This document shows positions 17,472-26,508 of a stretch of DNA of 63,148 bases, one piece after another. The first letter of the stretch is position 1; every line of letters begins with the position of its first letter. Both the position numbers and the translations under genes were made by a program. This DNA comes from Candidatus Fermentibacterota bacterium. GTDB taxonomy: Bacteria > JAFGKV01. The notes beneath the pieces were generated by a model. It did not search any database. It was given only the letters and a program-made list of their open reading frames with translations, and was not told the DNA's origin. The stretch lies in NCBI GenBank assembly GCA_016928395.1, contig JAFGKV010000143.1:1-63148 (forward strand), in the 5' to 3' direction.

Positions 17472-17643
17472 TGACGTGTGATATCTGCATGCATGGGTGA
17501 GGGCCAAGGATTCTGAATACTCTTTCGCCCGGACTGCGGACTGCCTATGCCCAGTTGCGCACGGTGCCCAGATCCGCTAGATTCGGTTCGTGATACTCCC
17601 ACCCATGAGTGTCCTTGAAGCAAAGGAGCATTGGCCGAAAGCC

Positions 17644-18198
17644 ATGACTGAGACCCCTCACAAGGTGCTGGGCGTCGCCGCCACTGCGACCCCGGCGGAG
17701 ATCAAACAGGCGTATCGGCGCAAGGTGCTGCAATGCCACCCCGACACCGTCGGTTCAGGACAGGAGGCAGAGTTCCGAAAGATCCATGAAGCGTACGAGG
17801 CCTTGTCTGGAAACAGCCACGGTGACGAGAGGGTCTCTGTCTGCACTGAACCTCCAAAGCGACGTCCTTGGTCGCAGCACAACGTCACGGGAAGGCCGGC
17901 GTATGCACCCTCCGATGCCCGGCTGGAACTGGTCCTGGATCCCCGCGAGGCCGCTGCCGGGCTCGCGCTCTCCTTTCCGGTGGAGGTGGAGGCGCCGTGC
18001 CCCTTGTGTCATGGCACGGGCCTGTTCTCGCTCTTGTGTCCCGTGTGCGGAGGCCGGGGTACTATGAGATACCCTGCCAGGGCGCATGCCCGAGTTCCCG
18101 CCGGAATCGAACACGGAGCAATCATCCCCGCCACGGGGATTGCCCCTGGCATAGGGCCCGTGGCCATCGACCTGCACGTATCCATCTCGGGCGGCTGA
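17644..18198 (+). CDS. short DnaJ-domain protein with a partial zinc finger
   Basis: EIKQAYRR..HPD J-domain; CPLCHGTG and CPVCGGRG. Confidence 0.82.
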   Translation: MTETPHKVLGVAATATPAEIKQAYRRKVLQCHPDTVGSGQEAEFRKIHEAYEALSGNSHGDERVSVCTEPPKRRPWSQHNVTGRPAYAPSDARLELVLDPREAAAGLALSFPVEVEAPCPLCHGTGLFSLLCPVCGGRGTMRYPARAHARVPAGIEHGAIIPATGIAPGIGPVAIDLHVSISGG

Positions 18199-18244
18199 TG
18201 CGCAACTGATGGGGCACGCCGTAGGACCGCTTCCTGTCTCGCCT

Positions 18245-19459
18245 CTATCGGGCCGGGGGCTGCCGACGGATCACTGCCCAGATGATCCACAAGGCCAAGG
18301 CCGCGGCTCCCGCCCTGTGTATATCCCGGATCATGGGGACGATCCCGTCCAGGGCCGGTGTCAGCGTGGGCGCCAGCAAGGCTATCCCCGATACCGAGAG
18401 AACTGCCACGAGAGTCATCCGAATCGACGGCAGGACCCTGCGCAAAGGGATGCCGTGCCGGGCCAGAAGCAGCACGGGTTCGGCGTACGCCGCCAGCAGC
18501 AACGCTCCCGCCAGGACATGCACATGGGAGACATGCTCAAGCATCCAACCCCCGCCGAAGTAGATGACTCCGCCTGACAACAAGAGCATCAGCGCGGCCC
18601 CCGCTCGCAGTGCGGAGGCCGGCCCCGCCACAAGCACGGTAGGCCGCCTTTGAGATGGAAGCCTGAGCGTCAGCGCTGCCACTGCCACCAGTACCGCGGC
18701 GACCGCGAGTGCTATCTCGCCACTCCGGTCCCCACGCCACCCCGGGATACCCCTTCCCTCCCAGGCGTCGGCCCGATCGCCGAACCGGGCCATGGCATGC
18801 TCCCTGGAATGGCATGGCCGGCAGTCTCGTAATGCCAGGCCCTTGGGGAGCACGGCATGGTTCTCTCCGCGCTCACCGGGGGCAAAGTGGCACGCGGTGC
18901 ATCCCGTCCGCCGGAGGTGAAGGCCGGCTGAAGGCAGCCAGTAGTGCGAGCGCAGCATGGCGGAGCCCTGATGGCAGTTCCTACATACAGGGTTGCTCTC
19001 ATGCACATCCGGGCAGGGCGCCTGCCTCGCCGAGTGCGGATCATGACAGGAGGCACATGTGAACCCTGGCCCCAGAAGACTGACGTGAAAGTCGGCCATC
19101 GCCGCAGTCTCATAGACCTCTAGGGGCGTATCGCTGCACCCCGACGGGTCCGTTTCATGGCATTCACCGCACGAGGCGGCCGCATGTGGCCCGGGCGGAT
19201 GGGGTACTGCGGTGAAAGACTGCCCATGGCACGCGCGACACGAAAGGGAGCCATGACTCCCTCGACCATATGGCTCTTGGCTCAGCGCCACCGAATGCCC
19301 CCCACCCAGCGTATCTGCCCGCACCAGCGACACCCTCTCATGGCACCCCATGCAGCTGGCGTCTTCAGGCGGCACCCCGGGGCCTGATACTGCAAGAGCC
19401 ACCGATGTCAACACAATGGGAAGCATACCGGGACCTTTCGTGGGTCTTGAAGTGTACAA
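18245..19459 (-). CDS. heptaheme cytochrome c fused to a cytochrome b-like membrane domain
   Basis: Seven CxxCH motifs (CMGCH, CRACH, CGECH, CASCH, CRNCH, CTACH, CRPCH), signal peptide, about 5 C-terminal TM helices; start may be 19426. Confidence 0.8.
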   Translation of the reverse strand: MYTSRPTKGPGMLPIVLTSVALAVSGPGVPPEDASCMGCHERVSLVRADTLGGGHSVALSQEPYGRGSHGSLSCRACHGQSFTAVPHPPGPHAAASCGECHETDPSGCSDTPLEVYETAAMADFHVSLLGPGFTCASCHDPHSARQAPCPDVHESNPVCRNCHQGSAMLRSHYWLPSAGLHLRRTGCTACHFAPGERGENHAVLPKGLALRDCRPCHSREHAMARFGDRADAWEGRGIPGWRGDRSGEIALAVAAVLVAVAALTLRLPSQRRPTVLVAGPASALRAGAALMLLLSGGVIYFGGGWMLEHVSHVHVLAGALLLAAYAEPVLLLARHGIPLRRVLPSIRMTLVAVLSVSGIALLAPTLTPALDGIVPMIRDIHRAGAAALALWIIWAVIRRQPPAR

Positions 19460-19635
19460 GCGGGTGCGATGTTATGCTGGGTGGAACGCGTCGTCCAGAC
19501 TCTACGCCGGGAACCATGTACCAAATCGCCGTTCAATCAGCTCTTCGGCGACGATGTGCGCCCTGCTCTTGTCCTCAGTGGTCAAGGCTCAGGGTAGAAG
19601 GAAACGACGTATGTGTTCCGCTGCCGGTGTTCCCC

Positions 19636-19666
19636 GGGTACACGCGAGCACTCCTTGCGTGTACCC
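19636..19666. repeat. REP-like hairpin
   Basis: GGGTACACGCGAG-cactc-CTTGCGTGTACCC. Confidence 0.65.
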
Positions 19667-19820
19667 TTGTTTCTTGTGGGCTGCGAGGGAACGCCATCCG
19701 AGCCCAAAGACTCATCCCACCGCTGCCTCGAGGCTCGCCTGATGCGATACCACGACTGGTATTCACAGTTGCGTCCCGCGGGCGGACGAAGGCCCCAAAC
19801 AGCACGAGGGAGGTACACCC

Positions 19821-20240
19821 ATGCCGAAACGCTGTGCCATCTGGCTTGATCACCGCAATGCGTGGATAGTGACCTTCACTCCCGAGGGTGATGCACAGGT
19901 CGAGAAACTGGAATCCGGAATCACGGCCCTGCGCAAAGCAACGGGAGGAACGCGATCAGCAACGCCGTATGTCCATGGGTATGCGGCCCGCAACACAGAT
20001 GACGAGAAACGATTGCACCAACTCTCGAGGTTCTACGAAGCCATCGTCGCCAGGGTTCGCGATTTCTCCCGGGTGCTGGTCATGGGCCCGGGACAGGCCC
20101 GGCAGGAGCTGGGCAAAGCTTTGGATGATCTTCCCGGGCAGGCCAGGCCACGGATCACCGTTCACCCAGCCGAGAAAATGACCCAACGCCAGCTCGTTGC
20201 GCGCGCCCGCAAGGAACTGGACATGCCGACTCCTCTATGA
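19821..20240 (+). CDS. eRF1 domain-2-like / host-attachment family small protein
   Basis: AIWLDHRNA, VLVMGPGQARQEL and KMTQRQLVA motifs; GGAGG SD. Confidence 0.7.
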   Translation: MPKRCAIWLDHRNAWIVTFTPEGDAQVEKLESGITALRKATGGTRSATPYVHGYAARNTDDEKRLHQLSRFYEAIVARVRDFSRVLVMGPGQARQELGKALDDLPGQARPRITVHPAEKMTQRQLVARARKELDMPTPL

Positions 20241-20243
20241 CGA

Positions 20244-21545
20244 GTGCAGACGGTAGCCCGGCCGCCATCATGGAGAGGGCCGCTGACCACCGTCGTCCCT
20301 AACTCCGGACGACTCAAAAGAGTCGCCCGCAGCGGATTCATCCATGTCTTGGGCGCCCAGGGAGCCGTGCGTACTCTGATCGCGGTTCAAGGCGTGCTGA
20401 TGGCCCGCATCCTCGGTCCGCAGGACCTTGGCCGATTCGCCGTGCTGACGTCAGCCTTGACATTGTCGGCCATCGTGGCTCAACTCGGCATCCCCAGTGC
20501 GCTCTCGCGATACCTTCCCCTGTGCCGCGAGCCTGCCCTCCAGTCGCGGCTGCGGGATATGGCCGCCGCCACTGGCATCGTATGGTCGTGCGTGGTGGGT
20601 CTCATCCTGGCACTTCCGGCTACCGGGCGCCTGCTCTCTGAAGAACCCTGGGTACGGGCCTGGCTTGTCAGTGGCGTGGTGGTGCTCCCCCTACAGACTC
20701 TTATCCAGGCATCGCTCTCGCTGCTGCACGGCCAGTCCAGGTTTCCCCGGAAGGCCGCTGTCGAGACAAGCGCGGCCGCGATCACCTTCATGCTCATTAT
20801 CGCAGGAACGCTCACCCACGGCCTGAGCGGTGCGGTGTGGGGCAAACTGGCGGCCGCACTGGTTGTTGCTGCCGTGGTATCGGCGGCGACCGGAGTACGG
20901 CGGCCGAGACGCATCGGCTTTCCCCCGGGGTTCTGGCGGTTCGCGGTGCTCAGTCTTGCCAGCAGTTCATTCTCCACCATGTTGCATACCGCCGACACCT
21001 TGGTTCTTGGCGCGCTCCGGATTCCCGCTGGCGACATCGGATCGTACCGCCTGGCCTCGTTGATGTACTCTTTTCTCTCCATGGTACCCGCGGCAGCAAT
21101 GCACACGCTGTTCCCCCGCCTGGTCCAGGCGTACGACAAGCCAGAACAGCTGCGCGCCATCTGTCTCGGCAGCATCCGCTATCTGATGGTCTTCGGCATT
21201 GCTGCGGCAGCCATCGGCATCTATGGGGTTCCCCTGGTGGTGGCGCCCCTGGTGGGGACTGAATACTCGGCGGGGATACCGTTCGTCCGTGCGCTCTCCC
21301 TGGGGCTCCTGTTCCGACCCATTGTTCTCTGGGCCGGCAGTGTGATTCTCGCCATGGGCCGGCCGGGCCTGAATCTTACACTCCTCATGGCCACGGGAGC
21401 GTTGAACCTGGCACTTAACATTGTGCTGGTATCCTCCCATGGTCCTATCGGTGCGGCGTGGGCCACCGTCGCGTCGGAGGCGACCAGCGCACTGCTGGGC
21501 GGCGGCGCGGTGCTGTGGCTCCTGCGGGACGGACGCCGTGGGTGA
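20244..21545 (+). CDS. Wzx-like polysaccharide flippase (MOP family)
   Basis: ARILGPQDLGRF, IGSYRLA and GPIGAAWATV motifs; many TM helices. Confidence 0.85.
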   Translation: MQTVARPPSWRGPLTTVVPNSGRLKRVARSGFIHVLGAQGAVRTLIAVQGVLMARILGPQDLGRFAVLTSALTLSAIVAQLGIPSALSRYLPLCREPALQSRLRDMAAATGIVWSCVVGLILALPATGRLLSEEPWVRAWLVSGVVVLPLQTLIQASLSLLHGQSRFPRKAAVETSAAAITFMLIIAGTLTHGLSGAVWGKLAAALVVAAVVSAATGVRRPRRIGFPPGFWRFAVLSLASSSFSTMLHTADTLVLGALRIPAGDIGSYRLASLMYSFLSMVPAAAMHTLFPRLVQAYDKPEQLRAICLGSIRYLMVFGIAAAAIGIYGVPLVVAPLVGTEYSAGIPFVRALSLGLLFRPIVLWAGSVILAMGRPGLNLTLLMATGALNLALNIVLVSSHGPIGAAWATVASEATSALLGGGAVLWLLRDGRRG

Positions 21546-22503
21546 CTGGTTGCTGCTCCGCGGTGAGGAGGCAGTGACCAACGCCGTGTGGCGCACACTG
21601 GCCCACGACGGTCATGTTCGGGCTTTCACCCAGCTCCCGCAGTTCAACTACATTTGTCTTCGCGAACTAGCGTGGCAGGCGATGTGCCTGGTTCGGGTAT
21701 CGCCCCCGACCGTGGTTCCCATGGTGCTGAGGAAGCGACGTGGAGGGCTTGCCGTGCGCGTAGAGTCTCTGGCATACGGATTGGCCGGAGGCCCCATCAC
21801 CGGGTATGCCCCGGATGAGCGAGCCGTTCGGGAGATAGCTCGGGCTCTTGCCCGATGCGCGTTGGAGGTCTTCGTCTACCCAAGCCGTGGCACCTTCGCC
21901 CCGCATGGATGGGACCGAATCGATTTCGCCGCCCATGAAGTACCCCTTGAAAGTCCCCACAAGGTCTGGTCGCAGGCCTCCAGATCCTGCCGAGGGGCCG
22001 CCCGCCACGCGCAACGGTGTGGCGTCCATGTCGTGGAGGTCGCCGAGGGGCCGTGGGTGGAAGCAATCACCGTGCTGCATGAGCAACAGCAGCGGGCGCG
22101 GAAGGCCCGACGCTATTCCCTGGGATGGATCTCGAGCATACTGCGCGAGATGCCTGACCACACCGGCCTCTGGGCGGCAATCCATGATGGCCGCCCCGTA
22201 GCCGCGTTGCTCGTCGGCTGGTGCAAAACGGCTGCCGTCGCTCTCCTGTCAACGGGCGACCCCGGCGCACGGCCTCTGAAAGCGGGGAACCTGCTCTATC
22301 TCACCGTGTTGGAAGAGTTGGCCCGGCGAGGCATGAGTACGCTGGACCTGGGCGGGAGCAGGAGTCTGCCAGCTCTGGAGGCGTTCAAGCGATCGCTGGG
22401 TGGAGTCTCTTCGGCGCGCCCCTTCTACCTCCACCGTCACCCGGGACTATCGCTCTACCAGCGCGTCGTGGGGAACACTCCAGGATTGACAGCCGGGGAT
22501 TGA
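21538..22503 (+). CDS. GNAT/FemAB-like acyltransferase
   Basis: AGNLLY..LDLGGS..LEAFKRSLGG; overlaps the flippase stop. Confidence 0.75.
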   Translation: MGDWLLLRGEEAVTNAVWRTLAHDGHVRAFTQLPQFNYICLRELAWQAMCLVRVSPPTVVPMVLRKRRGGLAVRVESLAYGLAGGPITGYAPDERAVREIARALARCALEVFVYPSRGTFAPHGWDRIDFAAHEVPLESPHKVWSQASRSCRGAARHAQRCGVHVVEVAEGPWVEAITVLHEQQQRARKARRYSLGWISSILREMPDHTGLWAAIHDGRPVAALLVGWCKTAAVALLSTGDPGARPLKAGNLLYLTVLEELARRGMSTLDLGGSRSLPALEAFKRSLGGVSSARPFYLHRHPGLSLYQRVVGNTPGLTAGD

Positions 22504-22551
22504 GGTGCGTAGTTCCGTACACACTTCGGACTATAGCAGGAGCAGCTGAAT

Positions 22552-22965
22552 ATGAAGCGCTACATCATCGCCGCAATCCTTCTCGCCCTCGCCTCCGGCG
22601 CCGGTGCCTACTCAGGCGTCACCGGAGTGGCGGCCAAGGAACCCATGGGGCATTTGGGTTTCTTCGATCCATCACGGCTATCTATTCAGAACAGCATGTT
22701 CTTCGGGTATTCCAGCGGCGGAAGCCACCAGCATGGGAGCGGTGCGCTCATGACAACGATAGGCTATTCGTTTGCCCCCACCCTGGCGTTTAGGGCAACG
22801 CTGGCCAAGGAGTTCACCTTCCTGGGTCGTGGTGCTTCCGATGAAGGCATCTCCCTCTCCGGCCTGTCTTTGGAGTGGTCTCCATCCAGGAACCTGTTCT
22901 TCCAGCTTTCCTTCTCCGCTCCGGTGGCGACCACCATAGATCCCCGCATGATGACCTGGCGCTAG
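22552..22965 (+). CDS. exported hypothetical beta-rich protein
   Basis: AGGAG SD, signal peptide, alternating amphipathic strands (WSPSRNLFFQLSF). Confidence 0.7.
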   Translation: MKRYIIAAILLALASGAGAYSGVTGVAAKEPMGHLGFFDPSRLSIQNSMFFGYSSGGSHQHGSGALMTTIGYSFAPTLAFRATLAKEFTFLGRGASDEGISLSGLSLEWSPSRNLFFQLSFSAPVATTIDPRMMTWR

Positions 22966-22993
22966 CCGCCCGCGGGCACCGTTCGGCCTGCCC

Positions 22994-24169
22994 TTGTACC
23001 GCGTCCTTGGTATCGCGCCGACGCCGTTCTTCTCCGACCGGGGTTGTCATGTCCGGATTCTGGAAGAAGCGAATGCCCTGCAGGAATTAGGTCACCAAGT
23101 CACCATTTGCTCGTATCATCTGGGTCGAACACCCCCCGGGTTAATCGTACATCGTATCCCTCGCCTCCCCTGGTACTCGAAGCTTGATGCGGGGCCATCC
23201 TGGCACAAGTACTACATCGACATACTCCTCACCGTTCGCTCATTACTCACCGGCCTTCGGGACAAGCCCGACATCGTGCATGCCCACCTTCACGAAGGAG
23301 TCTTCATCGGCTACTTCGTGAGCCGCATTCTTGATGTGCCGCTGGTGTTCGATCTCCAGGGAAGCCTCATCGGGGAGATGCTCGCCCACGAATTCATCTC
23401 CGATCGCGGCATATCCTTCCGCCTTAACCGCTTTCTTGAAGCGCTGACGACACAGATGGCGGATGTCATCTTGGCCTCCTCGGTGGGCGCGGCCTCGTAC
23501 CTGCGGGAGGATCGAGCCCTTCAGGCCAAGAAGGTTCACGTGGTCCCGGAAGGGATCGACGTGGCGGCATATGAAGACTGTCAGGATCGTGACTCCGTGC
23601 GCCAAACCTTGGGTATCGACAACAATGCTCCCGTCTGCGTATACTTGGGTCTGCTCTACCCGTACCAAGGCATCGATTCGCTTATCCGAGCCGCACGGAG
23701 CGCGTTCGACCAGTGTCCCGACTTGCATTTCCTGATCATCGGGTTTCCCAATGAGGCTCACTATGAGCGAATGGCTGCGGACACTGGGTTTGGTGATCGC
23801 TTTCACTTCGTCGGCCGGGTACGATACGAGGATCTACCCTCCTACCTAGTAGCCGGCGACCTGGCGGTGACGCCAAAGGATTCGCGCACCGAGGCAAACT
23901 CGAAGGTCTACAATTTCATGGCCGCAGGCCTGCCAGTAGTCGCATACGATACTCCTACCAACCGTTCGATTCTTCAGGATCTGGGGACCTATGCCTCCCG
24001 CGGTGACGAGGACGGCTTGGCCCGCGCCGTCGGCGAGTTGGCGACGGATCGTGACCGGAGGCATGTCGTCGGACTTGCGGCAAGGGAGCGTGCTCGGGAG
24101 TTTAGCTGGCTTAATGTCGGCAAAAAGATCGTGACTGTGTATGACGAGGTTCTTCGCGCGCGGGAATAG
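22994..24169 (+). CDS. glycosyltransferase family 4
   Basis: KPDIVHAH, YLGLLYPYQG and KVYNFMAAGLPVV motifs. Confidence 0.9.
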   Translation: MYRVLGIAPTPFFSDRGCHVRILEEANALQELGHQVTICSYHLGRTPPGLIVHRIPRLPWYSKLDAGPSWHKYYIDILLTVRSLLTGLRDKPDIVHAHLHEGVFIGYFVSRILDVPLVFDLQGSLIGEMLAHEFISDRGISFRLNRFLEALTTQMADVILASSVGAASYLREDRALQAKKVHVVPEGIDVAAYEDCQDRDSVRQTLGIDNNAPVCVYLGLLYPYQGIDSLIRAARSAFDQCPDLHFLIIGFPNEAHYERMAADTGFGDRFHFVGRVRYEDLPSYLVAGDLAVTPKDSRTEANSKVYNFMAAGLPVVAYDTPTNRSILQDLGTYASRGDEDGLARAVGELATDRDRRHVVGLAARERAREFSWLNVGKKIVTVYDEVLRARE

Positions 24170-24208
24170 CCCGAAGCCATTCCCGCGCACCCTGAAAGGA
24201 GGAGGTTC

Positions 24209-25831
24209 GTGCTGAAAAGGTCATTCTGTTCCCTCGTGATAGGGATGGTCTCGCTGGCTCTTGCCTGTACGACCGTCAAACAGCCTGCGGACGAAGTGCT
24301 CGTCGAGGGCGACGGGATTCGCATCACGAAACAGGATTTTGACGAATACCTGACGCAGGTTCCCCCGCACGCTCGGAGTCAGTACTCCGATGAGAGGCTG
24401 CTGGATTTCTACATCAAGGGTGAGCTGGCCTACTACGATGCCCTTCGCTTGGGCCTCGACCGCGATCCCAAGGTGAGAAAGGCAATAGACAACAGTGTGA
24501 AACAGCTCCTACAGCGAGAGTACAACCGCAGGGAAATCGGTGGAAAGATGGGTATCACGGATGCCCAAGTGCGGGAGTACTATGAACTCCACAAGGAGGA
24601 GTTCAGGGCCCCTGAGCAACGCAAGTGCTGGCATATCCTGACGCGAACCCACGAGGACGCGGAGCGGGCGATGCATGCAGTTTTGGGCGGAGAGGATTTC
24701 CGCGATGTGGCCACCCGTTTCTCCATCGATGACGCCACCCGCGATAAGGGAGGGCAACTGGGCATCTTTTCCCAGGACTCCCCGCCCGAACCTCTCAAGG
24801 CGATGCCGGCGGTGGTAGAGAGCTTGTTCGCCCTTCCCCCCGGCCACGTGAGCGGCGTAATTGAGAGCAAGGCGGGATTCCACGTGCTTAAGGCCGATCC
24901 CGCCAAACGAATGCCGTTTCTTTCGGTGGACGCCGTCGCCAAGGCTATTCGAGAGAGACTCCTGGTCCCTGATTCACTGGTACAGGGGCATTATGAAGCC
25001 AACCGCGAGTCGTATCGCGCCGAAGACAGGGCTCAGGTGCGTGTAGTCGTGGTGCCGCGCCGGGCTGACGCGGATTCACTCCGGCAACGAATCCTCGCCG
25101 GCGAAGACATGGCCGATCTGGCGCGCCAGCGAAGCATCGACACGCGCACATCCTATCGTGGAGGTCTGACGGACTGGCTGCGGCGAGGTGTGCCCAAGCC
25201 AGGGTTGGATCCTGCCGTGGAGCAACTCCTCTGGGACGTACCCCAGGGAGAGATTGGCCCGGTGGTCAGGACGAGCGACGGGTATGCGGTATTCAGGGTC
25301 GAACGGCGGGAGCATGCAGGCATCCAGCCTTTGGAGGCTGTCCAGGAACGGATCCGTGGCCAACTGCTGGTGGGCGCCCGCGAACGTGCCATGGAAGGCG
25401 CCTTCGATGACCTGAAGAGCCGCTACCGGATCAAGCGGCGTACTCATGAGCAGAAGACGGCGATGCGCACGGCGTCAGCCCCCTCCCAGCGTCCCCGGGA
25501 AACCATGGGTGAGGAGGAGCTCTTCTCCATGGCATCGGCTGAGACTGATCCGGCCGCGAGGTTGGATGTCTACCGCGAACTCGTGACAAGATTCCCAACA
25601 GGGGATCGGGCAGATGACAGCCAGTTCATGATAGGGTTTGTGCTCATGGACGAACTGCACGACAGCGCTGGAGCGCGTCAGGCCTATCGCGATCTGATCG
25701 GCAGGTTCCCCGGGAGCGAGTGGGCGGATGATGCCGAGGCCATGCTGTCGATGATGGATGATACTCAGGTCGGCGTGTCCGACATGGGTGCGGATGAGAA
25801 GGCCACGACTGCCGGTGAGCCGATCAGGTAG
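24209..25831 (+). CDS. peptidyl-prolyl isomerase lipoprotein (two parvulin domains + C-terminal TPR-like)
   Basis: LALAC lipobox; HIL..F.DVA..FSID..KGGQLG; ADDSQFMIG..FPGSEWADDA. Confidence 0.85.
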   Translation: MLKRSFCSLVIGMVSLALACTTVKQPADEVLVEGDGIRITKQDFDEYLTQVPPHARSQYSDERLLDFYIKGELAYYDALRLGLDRDPKVRKAIDNSVKQLLQREYNRREIGGKMGITDAQVREYYELHKEEFRAPEQRKCWHILTRTHEDAERAMHAVLGGEDFRDVATRFSIDDATRDKGGQLGIFSQDSPPEPLKAMPAVVESLFALPPGHVSGVIESKAGFHVLKADPAKRMPFLSVDAVAKAIRERLLVPDSLVQGHYEANRESYRAEDRAQVRVVVVPRRADADSLRQRILAGEDMADLARQRSIDTRTSYRGGLTDWLRRGVPKPGLDPAVEQLLWDVPQGEIGPVVRTSDGYAVFRVERREHAGIQPLEAVQERIRGQLLVGARERAMEGAFDDLKSRYRIKRRTHEQKTAMRTASAPSQRPRETMGEEELFSMASAETDPAARLDVYRELVTRFPTGDRADDSQFMIGFVLMDELHDSAGARQAYRDLIGRFPGSEWADDAEAMLSMMDDTQVGVSDMGADEKATTAGEPIR

Positions 25832-26508
25832 GCGAGCCCTACTCCGCGCATGATCCGTTCCAGGGCCCGCGATAGCCACGGCCTCCCCAGCTTTCGGTGA
25901 AGGCGGTAGGGCAACACGAATCCATGGCGTGCCCGGACCTCTGTGAACCCTACCGCAGCGAAGGCGCCGCGTACCTCGCGGCGCGTGAAGACGCGGTGGG
26001 GCGGGTGCGCATCGCGGCGGATGATGCCCCAGAATCGCGGTTCCAGAGCGGCCAATGACGGTGAGACTGGGAAGTCAAGCAGCACGTTCTGCCTTGCCAC
26101 CCGACAGGACTCGCACACCATGCGCCGCCATTCCGTCAGGTGCATGAGGAGGCGGGAGGCGGTCACGACATCCACCGATCGGGAACGGAAGGGCAACGCA
26201 TGGGCATCGCCGACCACCAGAGGAATCGATGGATGGCGAGTCTTCAGTGCCCGCAGCATCTGGAGGCTTCGATCCATACCCACATGGCGAGATCCGATAT
26301 CGAAGGCGCCGATGAGTTTTCCCGTTCCGGCGCCCAGGTCGAGCACGACCGTCTCGGGAGGCAACCGGCCGGCCACGACGCGGAAGCTGTGGACCTCCTC
26401 CCGGAGAAAGAACTCCCCTATCGCCCCGCCGTACCGGTCATCATGGAACGCGGCGGCGGTGGTGGGGTCGGAGTAGAATGAGATGACATCTCGTTGGAGG
26501 TGGTTCAT
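25765..26508 (-). CDS. class I SAM-dependent methyltransferase
   Basis: VLDLGAGTG and GDAHALPF..SVDVV motifs. Confidence 0.85.
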   Translation of the reverse strand: MNHLQRDVISFYSDPTTAAAFHDDRYGGAIGEFFLREEVHSFRVVAGRLPPETVVLDLGAGTGKLIGAFDIGSRHVGMDRSLQMLRALKTRHPSIPLVVGDAHALPFRSRSVDVVTASRLLMHLTEWRRMVCESCRVARQNVLLDFPVSPSLAALEPRFWGIIRRDAHPPHRVFTRREVRGAFAAVGFTEVRARHGFVLPYRLHRKLGRPWLSRALERIMRGVGLAYLIGSPAVVAFSSAPMSDTPT

